A stretch of 64,000 bases of DNA from an uncultured Chloroflexia bacterium (lineage in GTDB: Bacteria; Chloroflexota; Limnocylindria; Limnocylindrales; CSP1-4), in the NCBI GenBank assembly GCA_963746845.1, contig CAVVCZ010000001.1, positions 288,001-352,000 of the forward strand, given 5' to 3'. Positions 19,759-29,700 of the stretch are shown here, piece by piece. The position numbers were made by a program, and so were the translations under genes. Each line of letters starts with the position of its first letter. Within the stretch, counting starts at the first letter, position 1. The notes under the pieces are model-generated. The model had not been told where the DNA came from. It saw only the letters and a list, made by a program, of their open reading frames with translations, and did not search any database.

Positions 19759-21969
19759 TCAGGTTCCTGCCGCCGGTGCCGACGCCGGCCCGTCGACGCT
19801 CGCGGGCTGAACCGGGCGGACCAACGGTGCGGCCGCCGAACCGGCTCCGACCGCAGCAGCCGGTGGCTGTTCCGCATCGAACAGGTGGAGCACCGTCCGC
19901 CATGTCTTCGCGACGATCCCGAGGACCGGGATGATCATCACCATGCCGACGATGCCGGCGATCGCGCCGCCCGCGGGGATCGCCAGCAGCACGACGGCGG
20001 GGTGGATGCTGACCGTCTTGCCGTAGACGAGCGGGGTCACGATGTTGCCCTGGACGATATTGAAGACGATCGTGAAGATCCCCATCAGGACGATGTCCGT
20101 CGTCGATCCGACCGCCACCGCGACGAGGAAGCCGAGCAACGTCCCGATCGCCCCGCCGATGTACGGGATGAACCCGAGGATGAAGCTCAGCACGCCGATC
20201 GGGAACGCGAGGGGCAGGCCGAGGATGAACATCGTCAGCCACTGCATGACCCCGCCCGAGAGTGACACGATCGCCGTCCCGACCATGGAGCTGTAGAGCG
20301 TCGACGCCGACTGCGTCCCGACGTCGTCGACCCGATCACGGCGGTCGAGCGGAACGACGCGCAGGAATGTCGCCCACCATGCCGCGCCGTCGCGGAGGAA
20401 GTAGAACGTCAGCAGGAGCGAGATCGTCAGGGCGATCACGAGCCCGGCCGTGTTCGCGACGATCACGGCCAGGTTCGAGGCCAGCCCGCCGACGAGCGCA
20501 TGGACGAGAGCTGCCGGGGTGGTGCCGAGGCTGAGGCGACCGGCGCCGTCTGCCGCCGTGCTCTCGATCTCTGGCAGGGACGCGACCATCGTCAGGATCG
20601 TGACGACCAGCACGAGGACCACGACCGCCACGCTGGCGATCGTCACGAGCGCGGGTGCGGCGTTCGCCCCCAGGCCGCGTTGACGGGCGACGCGCACGAG
20701 CGGGCGGAGGACCACCGCGAAGATGAGCGCGAGGATCAGGGGCAGGCTGAAGAGTGGCTGAAGGATGAGAGCAATCACGACCGCGAGGAGCCCAAGGACC
20801 ACCAGTGCCCGCCAGCTGAACTGGCCCATCCGATCGAGCCAGACCGGCACGAGGGCGTTGGTGGGCGCCGCTTGCGTTCGCGTGCCGAGGACCTCGACGA
20901 TCGCGGGCGCGAACGCCTGCAGCGCGGTCAGGACCGGGACGGCGGCGAACAGTCCGACGAACCCGAACAGGGCGCCTGCGGCAGGGATCGCGATGAGGGC
21001 GAGGCCCGGGTTGACCCGCGTTCCTGCGCCGTAGACGCGAGGTGCGAGGAACTGCCGCTCAAGGATGTTCGTGACGCCGACGAGCGCGAGGAAGGCGCCG
21101 GCGGCAAGGAACCCCTGCGTGCCGACCGTGATGAGGGTGATCACCGTCGCGCTGAACAGTCCCCCGAGGTACGGAACGAACGCGGCGATGAAGACCACGA
21201 CCGCCAGCGGACCTGCGAACGGCACGCCGAGGATCGTCAGGAACACGGCGACCGAGGCCGCATCGGCGACCGCCAACGCGGACGTGCCGCGGAGGTATCC
21301 GCTCAGCTCGTCGAGTGCGACGGTTGCTCGTGCCGTCAGGGCCCGGGCGCGCCAGTCGTCGATGTTGCTGGTGGTCGCCTCCCAGCCCCGGTCGCCATCG
21401 GACAACAGATAGAAGGTCAGGAATCCGCCGAGGATCATGATCGTGACGAAGCTCGCGATCGGGGCGACCAGCTCGGCAATGTTGCTGGCGAGCCAGGTCT
21501 GGAAGTTGTCAGCGATGGCGTTCACGAGATTGGTCAGCCCCGTCGGCGCCCCGAGCTCTGACAGCTTCGCCGACAGGGCAGCCAGCCCTTCCTTGTTGCG
21601 CTGGAGGATGTCGACGACGGCCGGGATGAAGGCGACGACGATCGCCGTCAGGGCGAGAAGCACGAGGCCGACCGCGAGGAAGCTGGCGGCCGCCGCGGCC
21701 CGGCCCCTCGGCCAGCCACGCTCGGTCCGGAGACGGATCACGACCGGGTAGACGAGGGCGGCGACCAGCAGACCGACGAGGATCGCACCGGTCACGGTCG
21801 ACAGGAAGAGCGCGAACCAGCCGATCACCAGGACCAGCGCGAGCGTCACGAGGACCCGCCAGCCGATCGCGGCGAGACGGTCAAGCCAGCTCGGGACGAT
21901 GCCGGATCCCGTCGGCGTTTCGCCCGGATCGGTTTCCGTGGCCGTGATACCTGTCGGGTCGACCGTCAT
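19759..21969 (-). CDS. AI-2E family transporter with two tandem AI-2E domains
   Basis: Two halves starting VPSWLDRLAAIGWR and VPVWLDRMGQFSWR; LTFYLLSDG vs LTFYFLRDG; FVPYLGG vs FIPYIGG. Confidence 0.85.
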   Translation of the reverse strand: MTVDPTGITATETDPGETPTGSGIVPSWLDRLAAIGWRVLVTLALVLVIGWFALFLSTVTGAILVGLLVAALVYPVVIRLRTERGWPRGRAAAAASFLAVGLVLLALTAIVVAFIPAVVDILQRNKEGLAALSAKLSELGAPTGLTNLVNAIADNFQTWLASNIAELVAPIASFVTIMILGGFLTFYLLSDGDRGWEATTSNIDDWRARALTARATVALDELSGYLRGTSALAVADAASVAVFLTILGVPFAGPLAVVVFIAAFVPYLGGLFSATVITLITVGTQGFLAAGAFLALVGVTNILERQFLAPRVYGAGTRVNPGLALIAIPAAGALFGFVGLFAAVPVLTALQAFAPAIVEVLGTRTQAAPTNALVPVWLDRMGQFSWRALVVLGLLAVVIALILQPLFSLPLILALIFAVVLRPLVRVARQRGLGANAAPALVTIASVAVVVLVLVVTILTMVASLPEIESTAADGAGRLSLGTTPAALVHALVGGLASNLAVIVANTAGLVIALTISLLLTFYFLRDGAAWWATFLRVVPLDRRDRVDDVGTQSASTLYSSMVGTAIVSLSGGVMQWLTMFILGLPLAFPIGVLSFILGFIPYIGGAIGTLLGFLVAVAVGSTTDIVLMGIFTIVFNIVQGNIVTPLVYGKTVSIHPAVVLLAIPAGGAIAGIVGMVMIIPVLGIVAKTWRTVLHLFDAEQPPAAAVGAGSAAAPLVRPVQPASVDGPASAPAAGT

Positions 21970-22083
21970 CTGGACTCCTCGCCGGGACCGCCGGTCGGCG
22001 GTCCGAACGCCGCCATCATCGCGGTCGTTGTCCAGTCGCGCCAGTGGTGGCCACCGGTCGGTCGCACCCGGTGGGCCCCGATG

Positions 22084-22866
22084 TCAGTTCCCGAAACCGG
22101 CCTCCACCTCCAGGGCGGTCGGTTCGAACGCGCCGCGCGCGCTCATCAGCTCGCCCTCCTCGAAGTAGATCTCCCGCAGGTCCACCAGGTCGAGGTGGAG
22201 GAACTGGTGGGCACCCGTGACGTGACCTCGGGCGCGGGCGGCCGTGCCGTCGCGAAGCCGCTCCGCGGGCGCGTTCGGGCGGCCCGGAAGGACCACCTCG
22301 ACGCCGCGAGCCAGTTCATCGTCGGACGGCGCCGGGCCCTCGAGGCGGACCGAGAGGAGCTGGTCGAAGTCCGGCGCCTGCCGGATCGTGTGGGCGAGGA
22401 ATCGTTCGCTCCCGCGACCGAACAGGAAGTACGTCAGATCGTCCGGCTTGTCCGCGCCACCGAACCGTGCGGCGAAGACGACCGACCGGATGTCGACGAT
22501 CAGATCGGACAGGGCGTCGATCGCCTCGCCGCCGCGTTCGAGGTGGCCACGGAAGACCGTGGCCCGGAAGGTCGTCCGGGCCGGCGGATCCGGCCGGTAG
22601 AGCGACGACAGGGCGAACTTCTCCGGGAACACGGTGTAGAGGCGCTCGTCCGGGTGCGCGTCGCGCTCGGCCGTCCAGACCGGGACGGCGTCGGCGCCGT
22701 CGCGGGTCAGGCCGACCTCCAGGATGAGCTGGGCGTCGTGCGGCGCCATGAACATCGGCAGATGGGACAGGAAGACCGTGTCGTGGCCCAGGGCGACCAT
22801 GTTGTGACGACCGAAGTCCGCCGGCGGCTCCTCAACGGCGCCGTCGTGGTGGTGACCGTGATCCAT
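22084..22866 (-). CDS. Hypothetical protein with a His-rich N-terminus and an internal two-fold repeat
   Basis: ATG 22866 with GGAGGGG RBS; MDHGHHHD; FLSHLPMFMAPHDAQL vs FLAHTIRQAPDFDQL. Confidence 0.7.
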   Translation of the reverse strand: MDHGHHHDGAVEEPPADFGRHNMVALGHDTVFLSHLPMFMAPHDAQLILEVGLTRDGADAVPVWTAERDAHPDERLYTVFPEKFALSSLYRPDPPARTTFRATVFRGHLERGGEAIDALSDLIVDIRSVVFAARFGGADKPDDLTYFLFGRGSERFLAHTIRQAPDFDQLLSVRLEGPAPSDDELARGVEVVLPGRPNAPAERLRDGTAARARGHVTGAHQFLHLDLVDLREIYFEEGELMSARGAFEPTALEVEAGFGN

Positions 22867-22968
22867 CGTCCCCTCCGCGTGCGCTGGCCTGCTCGGGCGG
22901 ACCCTATCGCCGGCATGTCTGGCCCGCGTCTCGTCGGGACGACCAACGTTGCATCTCGGGTTCACGGC

Positions 22969-22997
22969 TTGCCGCGGATCCCCGTCCCGGGCAGAAT
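22969..22997 (+). promoter_or_regulatory. Sigma70-like promoter for the leader peptide and sulfurtransferase
   Basis: TTGCCG-N17-CAGAAT. Confidence 0.5.
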
Positions 22998-23006
22998 GCC
23001 CCCGCG

Positions 23007-23081
23007 ATGACGCCCACGGAACGCATGGACCAGGGCTGTACCTGTCGCTCCTCTGCCGAGCGGGGTCGGTGCTGTCCCTGA
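23007..23081 (+). CDS. Cys-rich leader peptide MTPTERMDQGCTCRSSAERGRCCP
   Basis: 24 codons with 4 Cys (3 TGT, 1 TGC) between the promoter and a terminator, upstream of a sulfurtransferase. Confidence 0.65.
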   Translation: MTPTERMDQGCTCRSSAERGRCCP

Positions 23082-23112
23082 GCGCGGTCACGACCGCCAA
23101 TGGATGCCCTGG

Positions 23113-23140
23113 GACCCCTGCACGGCAGGGGTCTTTCGTT
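23113..23140 (+). terminator. Intrinsic terminator (attenuator) in the sulfurtransferase leader
   Basis: GACCCCTGC-acg-GCAGGGGTC followed by TTTCGTT, 40 nt before the ATG. Confidence 0.8.
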
Positions 23141-23179
23141 GCCCACGACCTTCCGGACCACAACCCGAGGAACCATCCG

Positions 23180-24529
23180 ATGTCGAGCACCATCTCCGCG
23201 AACGCCCCGACGGTCGTCACCATCGACGCCATCGATCTGCTTCGCCTCCTGTCGGATCCGCGCGTGATCGTGGTCGACACGAGACCGCTGCCATCCTTCA
23301 ACGGCTGGGGGACGGACGAACTGCCGGGCGGACACGTCCCGGGCGCCGTCGCGTTCCCGATCGACTGGCTGCGGTCGGTCGATCAGACCGAGATCGGCCG
23401 GCTCTTCGCGTCGAAGGGGATCGCGCCGGATCGCACGGTCGTCGTCTACGGCGAGCGCGACGGCGACGCGGCGCCTCTTGCCGTCCGCCTGGTCGAGGAC
23501 GGGTTCGGCGACGTCGCCGAGCTCGCGGGTGGCTGGGCCAGCTGGGTCGCTGACCCGGTCCGCCCGGTCGAGTCGCTGCCCAACCATCACCGGCTCGTCC
23601 ATGCCGGCTGGCTCCGGGCCGTCATCGACGGCGACCGGCCGGAGGCGGCGCCGGCTGGTCGGTTCCTCGTCTTCCACGTCAACTTCGGCGTTCCCGAGGA
23701 GTACGCGGAGAACCACCTCCCGGGCGCGCGCTACCTCGACACGAACTGGCTCGAGGATCCGCTCGACTGGAACCGTCGGTCGCCGAAGGAGCTCGACGCG
23801 GCCCTCCGCCACCTCGGCATCACCCACGACACGACGGTGGTCCTGTACGGTCGTGACACCGAGGGCGACGCGGACGAGAAGTGGCCGGGCCGGCGGGCGG
23901 GCCAGATCGCCGCCACACGGGCGGCCCTGATCCTCCGCTACGCCGGCGTCGATGACGTCCGGATCCTGGATGGCGGGTACGACCACTGGGTCCGCGACGG
24001 CAACCCCCTCGAGGAGCGGGTCACCGAGTCGGTGCCGGTCGAGTCGTTCGGGGTGAGCATCCCGCAGCGCCCGGAGCTCATCGTCGACCTCGACGACGCC
24101 AAGGCGATCCTCGCCGATCGCGGCGGGTCGGCCCTGGTCAGCGTCCGGACGTGGCGCGAGCACATCGGCGCGGTCAGCGGCTACAACTACATCGGTCCGG
24201 CCGGTCGGATCGCCGGCGACGTCTGGGGCAACAGCGGATCCGACGCGTACCACATGCAGCACTACCGCACGATCGACAACACGATGCGCGCATACCCGGA
24301 GATCGCCGCAAGCTGGGCGGAGGCGGGCATCACCCCGGACAAGCGGATCGCCTTCTACTGCGGCACGGGCTGGCGAGCGAGCGAAACGTGGTTCTACGCG
24401 TCGCTCATGGGCTGGCCCAACGTGGCCGTCTACGACGGCGGCTGGTTCGAGTGGAGCCAGGATCCGGTCAACAACCCGATCGAGCTGGGTGAGCCCGCCA
24501 CATCGGACGCCGTTCCGGTCCGGCTCTGA
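23180..24529 (+). CDS. Three-domain rhodanese/thiosulfate sulfurtransferase (YnjE-like)
   Basis: GGHVPGA, NHLPGA, FYCGTGWRASE active-site loop, VYDGGWFEWS. Confidence 0.9.
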   Translation: MSSTISANAPTVVTIDAIDLLRLLSDPRVIVVDTRPLPSFNGWGTDELPGGHVPGAVAFPIDWLRSVDQTEIGRLFASKGIAPDRTVVVYGERDGDAAPLAVRLVEDGFGDVAELAGGWASWVADPVRPVESLPNHHRLVHAGWLRAVIDGDRPEAAPAGRFLVFHVNFGVPEEYAENHLPGARYLDTNWLEDPLDWNRRSPKELDAALRHLGITHDTTVVLYGRDTEGDADEKWPGRRAGQIAATRAALILRYAGVDDVRILDGGYDHWVRDGNPLEERVTESVPVESFGVSIPQRPELIVDLDDAKAILADRGGSALVSVRTWREHIGAVSGYNYIGPAGRIAGDVWGNSGSDAYHMQHYRTIDNTMRAYPEIAASWAEAGITPDKRIAFYCGTGWRASETWFYASLMGWPNVAVYDGGWFEWSQDPVNNPIELGEPATSDAVPVRL

Positions 24530-24568
24530 TCCCGCCATCGGACCGAAGCTCGGGCTCCCGACCGCGCC

Positions 24569-25699
24569 CTACGCGACGATGCGCGCGACCGCTCGCAGGT
24601 CCTGCGCGAGGAGTTCGGGGACCTCGGTGGCGGCAAAATGGCCGCCGCGCGGCATGTCCGTCCAGTGCACGAGGTTGAACTGCCGGGCCGCGACCGACCG
24701 GCTCGGGGAGCCCGGCTCATCGCCCGGCATGCGGGCGATGCCGACCGGTGCCACGACCGGGCTCGTCGGTCCCGTCCGACGCGTGTGCCGGTATCGGTAG
24801 TAGGGCAGGAACGACGTGCCGATGCTGTTCGTGAGCCAGTACAGCGTGGCCGTCGCCAGCACCTGGTCCGGCGCGAACGGCGGTCCATCACCGCCGTCGC
24901 GATCGCTCCATGCGCGCCACTTCTCCACGATCCACGCGGCGAGCCCTGCGGGTGAGTCATTCAGGCCGACCGCGAGCGTCTGTGGCTTCGTACCCTGGAT
25001 GTCGCCGTAGGCGCTCTCCTCGCGTTCCCACGCGCGGACCCGACGGAGGTAGGACCGGTCCTCCGGATCCGTCGACGCCCGGGCGAGCCGGTCGTCGGAC
25101 CAGTCCGTGGTGAGGTGGATCCCGAGCACGGCCTCGGGGTGGCGTCGCGCGATCGAGATCGTGACGCCGGCACCGATGTCACCGCCATGCGCGATGAATC
25201 GGTCGTAGCCCAGGACGTCGCGCATCAGCTCGACCCACAGCTCGGCGAGCGCGAACGGCGATCGACCGTCCGAGGCCGGGGCGGGCGAGAAGCCGTAGCC
25301 GGGCATCGACGGCACGACGACGTCGAACGACAGGCCGTCGAGATCGTTCGTCAGCCGCGGCAGGATGTCGAGCATCTCCAGGAATGAGCTCGGCCAGCCG
25401 TGGGTCATCAGGAGCGGGATCGAGTCCGGCCCGGCTCCCTTCACGTGGACGAAGTGGACCGGCCGGTCGCCCAGCAGGGCCGTGAAGTTCGGCACGGCGG
25501 CGATCCGGCTCTCCACGGCGCGCCAGTCGAAGTCGGTGGCCCAGTGACGGACCAGTCCGGCGAGATAGTCGTGCTCGACGCCGTAGTCCCAGCCGGACCC
25601 GAGCGGGGCCGGGAGGCGGGTGGCGCCGAGCCTCCGGCGCAGGTCGTCCAGGTCGTCTTCGGCGGCGCGGTAGGTGAAGGGCTGCGGGATGGACGTCAC
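24569..25699 (-). CDS. Epoxide hydrolase (EHN family)
   Basis: LDDLRRRL, HGWPSSFLE, PSMPGYGFS, HGGDIGA, LNDSPAGLAAWIVEK, GGHFAATEVP. Confidence 0.92.
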   Translation of the reverse strand: MTSIPQPFTYRAAEDDLDDLRRRLGATRLPAPLGSGWDYGVEHDYLAGLVRHWATDFDWRAVESRIAAVPNFTALLGDRPVHFVHVKGAGPDSIPLLMTHGWPSSFLEMLDILPRLTNDLDGLSFDVVVPSMPGYGFSPAPASDGRSPFALAELWVELMRDVLGYDRFIAHGGDIGAGVTISIARRHPEAVLGIHLTTDWSDDRLARASTDPEDRSYLRRVRAWEREESAYGDIQGTKPQTLAVGLNDSPAGLAAWIVEKWRAWSDRDGGDGPPFAPDQVLATATLYWLTNSIGTSFLPYYRYRHTRRTGPTSPVVAPVGIARMPGDEPGSPSRSVAARQFNLVHWTDMPRGGHFAATEVPELLAQDLRAVARIVA

Positions 25700-25797
25700 G
25701 GCGAATCCCCTGGCTCGTTGCCTTGGATGAACACGAGTTATGCGACGTTAGAGGTGTTTCACCGAGACGTCAACTGGTTATTGCGTGATACTGGTGT

Positions 25798-26382
25798 CTG
25801 TCATGCGGCACGCTCACTGAGGCCCAGCGCCTCGTCGACTTCGTCAACACGGAGGACCTCCGGCGTCCCGATCGCCGAGAGCCGCCGTTCGGACCCGACG
25901 AGGGGCTCGACGATCCCGGGGCGCTCGACCACTGGCTGGCCGAGCACGAGCTCGGGGATGGAGGTGGCGCCCGCCAGGACGACCTCGACCTCGCGCGACG
26001 GCTCCGGACCGCGCTCCGCGGCGTGCTGCGACGCGACGGGAGGGTCGTCCCTGCCGAGGCGACCCTGGTGAACGACGTCGCCCGCGAGCTCCCGCTGATC
26101 ATTCGCGTCGACGGTGCTGCGCGCCCGGTCGCCGAGCCCGTGTCCGATGGGCCGCGCGGCGCGTTGACGCGGCTGCTCGCGGATCTCCTGCTGCTCCGCG
26201 ACGCCGGCGAGCTCGACCGGTTGAAGGCATGCGCGGCCGACGATTGTCGGTGGGCGTTCGTCGATCGCTCACGCCCGGGCATCGGACGGTGGTGCTCGTC
26301 GACCGCGTGCGGCAATCGCGACAAGACGCGCCGGTATCGGGGGAGCCGGCGACCGTCTACGAAAGGGTCTCGTACAGGTTGA
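25798..26382 (+). CDS. CGNR zinc finger / ABATE domain regulator; start codon problematic
   Basis: RLVDFVNT, RLKACAADDCRWAFVDRSRPGIGRWCSSTACGNRDKTRRYR; only a CTG in frame, ATG 25803 is one base out of frame. Confidence 0.78.
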   Translation: MSCGTLTEAQRLVDFVNTEDLRRPDRREPPFGPDEGLDDPGALDHWLAEHELGDGGGARQDDLDLARRLRTALRGVLRRDGRVVPAEATLVNDVARELPLIIRVDGAARPVAEPVSDGPRGALTRLLADLLLLRDAGELDRLKACAADDCRWAFVDRSRPGIGRWCSSTACGNRDKTRRYRGSRRPSTKGSRTG

Positions 26383-26734
26383 TCTCGTTCCCTTCGGGGT
26401 CGAGCAGGTCCGCGTACGCGCCCCACGCCTGGCGGCCCTCGCGGGTGAACGTGATGCCCTGGGCCTTCAACGCCGCCACGAGGTCGTCGAGGCCCGTCGT
26501 CCGGATCGCGGGCACGATCGGGGGCGGGCTCGCCGTGCCCTGCGGCTGGGGAACGCGACGGGCAAACAGCTCCAGCCGGGTCCCGCCGGTATCGAACGCC
26601 ACCCAGTTCTCGCCCGGCCGATAGATCGACGCGTCGGGCTGCTCCAGGATGGGCCGGAAGCCGAGGGTGTCGCGGTAGAACGCGAACATCAGCGGGAAGT
26701 CGTTCGCGCGGACGATGATCAGGTCGAGCGCCAT
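26357..26734 (-). CDS. VOC/glyoxalase family protein
   Basis: FYRDTLGF, WG..ADLLDPEGNEINLYE. Confidence 0.85.
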   Translation of the reverse strand: MALDLIIVRANDFPLMFAFYRDTLGFRPILEQPDASIYRPGENWVAFDTGGTRLELFARRVPQPQGTASPPPIVPAIRTTGLDDLVAALKAQGITFTREGRQAWGAYADLLDPEGNEINLYETLS

Positions 26735-26776
26735 ATCCCTCGGTACGACGCGGCTCCTCGAGCCGGTTCCGTCAGG

Positions 26777-29700
26777 TCAGCGGTCGCCCGGTCGGCGGCG
26801 AATGATGACGGCGGCGCCGAAGCCCGAGATCAGCACCAGCGTGAGGATGACGGCCCACGCCGTCGTCGCCCGGACCGGTCCGAACGGCGTCCCGAGGATC
26901 GGATCCGCGTCCGTCTGGGGGATGGCGGCGTTCACCGTGATCGTCAGCGTCGCGTCGTCGCACAGGGCGGGATCGTTCGGGCTGCAGATCCGGTACGTCA
27001 CCTGGTCCAGACCGCTGAACCCGGCGGCAGGCGTGTAGATGATCGATCCGATCGTCGCCGTCCCGTGGGCCGGACCGACGACGATCTGGGGCGTTCCGGC
27101 GTCGCCGATGTCGTTCGCCTCGACGTCGACCTCGACCGTCTGGCCCGCGCTCGTGACATCCGCGTCGTCGACGGCGACCGGGAAGACCGCGACGTTGACG
27201 GTGCCCATCGCGCAGGCGGGGATCGCGTTGTCGTCGCAGCCCTCGATGGTGAACCCGTCCTGACCCGTGAACGTGCCGGTCGGCGTGTAGGTGAACGAGC
27301 CGTCCTGGGCGATCGAGACGGTGCCGTGGGCGGGCGCGGTCGAGACCGTCAGCGTGACCGTCTGGCCGGTGTCCGGATCGGTGACCGTGACCGCACCGGA
27401 GACCGGCACCGTCGCGTCGGTCTCGACCGCGGCGTCACCGACGATCGGCGGCGTGTTGCCGACCGTGAACGTCCCGGGCACGTACGTGATCGTGTAGTTG
27501 GCGAGGCCGGTCCCGACCGCGGCCGAGATGGTGATCGGGTACGTGCCCGGTGCCGCCAGGGCCGGAGCTCCCGCGCTGGCCAGGATCGCCGCCGCGACCG
27601 AGTCCGCGTTGTGCAGGCCGGCGACGGAGAACTCCGTGCCGTCGAAGACGAAGAGGATGCCAAACGGCTTCGACTGGTCGTTGGCGGTGATCGTGAGCGG
27701 CGCCGGGTTGACCGTCAGGGCTCCCGGGACGTAGCTGATCGTGTAGTTCCCGAGCCCGGTCCCGAGCGCGGCCGACGGCGTGATCGGGTACGGGCTGCCG
27801 GCGACCGTCGCGGTCGGCGCGGCACCCGCGCTCGCGAGGGTCACGCTCGTGACGGTGTCGGTCCCGAGCAGGCCGCTCGTCGTGAACTCGGTCCCCGCGA
27901 ACACGACCGTCTGGCCGTACGTCTTGGTCCGGTCGTCGGCGGTGATCGTGAGCGGCGCCGGGTCGATCTCGTCGATGACCGTGCCCGCGTCGGCGAGGTA
28001 GTTGCCGGCCGGGTCGCTGAACGTCCACGGGTCGACCGTCGTGCCGACCGCGGTCCGGGTCGTGGCCGACAGGTCGAGCCCGGCGCTGAGGTCCTCGCCG
28101 AGGACGCCCGTGGCGGTCCCGGTCGCGGTGTGGGGCAGGGCGTCGTAGGTGACGCTGTAGCCGGTCACGACGATGACCGCGACCGCCGGGTCGACGGTGA
28201 GCGTGCCCGGGACGTAGCCGATCGTGTAGTTCCCGAGCCCGGTCCCGACCGCGGCCGAGATGGTGATCGGGTACGGGCTGCCCGCGACGGTCGCGGTCGC
28301 GATCGCGCCCGGGCTGGCCAGGCTGACGCTCGTGACGGTGTCCGTGTTGAGCAGGCCGCTCGTCGTGAACTCGGTCCCCGCGAACACGACCGTCTGGCCG
28401 TACGTCTTGGTCCGGTCGTTGGCGGTGATCGTGAGCGGCGCCGGGTTGACCGTCAGGGCTCCCGGGACGTAGCTGATCGTGTAGTTCCCGAGCCCGGTCC
28501 CGAGCGCGGCCGACGGCGTGATCGGGTACGGGCTGCCGGCGACCGTCGCGGTCGGCGCGGCACCCGCGCTCGCGAGGGTCACGCTCGTGACGGTGTCGGT
28601 CCCGAGCAGGCCGCTCGTCGTGAACTCGGTCCCCGCGAACACGACCGTCTGGCCGTACGTCTTGGTCCGGTCGTCGGCGGTGATCGTGAGCGGCGCCGGG
28701 TCGATCTCGTCGATGACCGTGCCCGCGTCGGCGAGGTAGTTGCCGGCCGGGTCGCTGAACGTCCACGGGTCGACCGTCGTGCCGACCGCGGTCCGGGTCG
28801 TGGCCGACAGGTCGAGCCCGGCGCTGAGGTCCTCGCCGAGGACGCCCGTGGCGGTCCCGGTCGCGGTGTGGGGCAGGGCGTCGTAGGTGACGCTGTAGCC
28901 GGTCACGACGATGACCGCGACCGCCGGGTCGACGGTGAGCGTGCCCGGGACGTAGCCGATCGTGTAGTTCCCGAGCCCGGTCCCGACCGCGGCCGAGATG
29001 GTGATCGGGTACGGGCTGCCCGCGACGGTCGCGGTCGCGATCGCGCCCGGGCTGGCCAGGCTGACGCTCGTGACGGTGTCCGTGTTGAGCAGGCCGCTCG
29101 TCGTGAACTCGGTCCCCGCGAACACGACCGTCTGGCCGTACGTCTTGGTCCGGTCGTTGGCGGTGATCGTGAGCGGCGCCGGGTTGACCGTCAGGGCTCC
29201 CGGGACGTAGCTGATCGTGTAGTTCCCGAGCCCGGTCCCGAGCGCGGCCGACGGCGTGATCGGGTACGGGCTGCCGGCGACCGTCGCGGTCGGCGCGGCA
29301 CCCGCGCTCGCGAGGGTCACGCTCGTGACGGTGTCGGTCCCGAGCAGGCCGCTCGTCGTGAACTCGGTCCCCGCGAACACGACCGTCTGGCCGTACGTCT
29401 TGGTCCGGTCGTCGGCGGTGATCGTGAGCGGCGCCGGGTCGATCTCGTCGATGACCGTGCCCGCGTCGGCGAGGTAGTTGCCGGCCGGGTCGCTGAACGT
29501 CCACGGGTCGACCGTCGTGCCGACCGCGGTCCGGGTCGTGGCCGACAGGTCGAGCCCGGCGCTGAGGTCCTCGCCGAGGACGCCCGTGGCGGTCCCGGTC
29601 GCGGTGTGGGGCAGGGCGTCGTAGGTGACGCTGTAGCCGGTCACGACGATGACCGCGACCGCCGGGTCGACGGTGAGCGTGCCCGGGACGTAGCCGATCG

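Noticed and set aside
22949-23179. N-terminal extension of the rhodanese ORF
   Set aside because: The region holds a promoter, leader peptide and terminator; ATG 23180 has a GAGG RBS.
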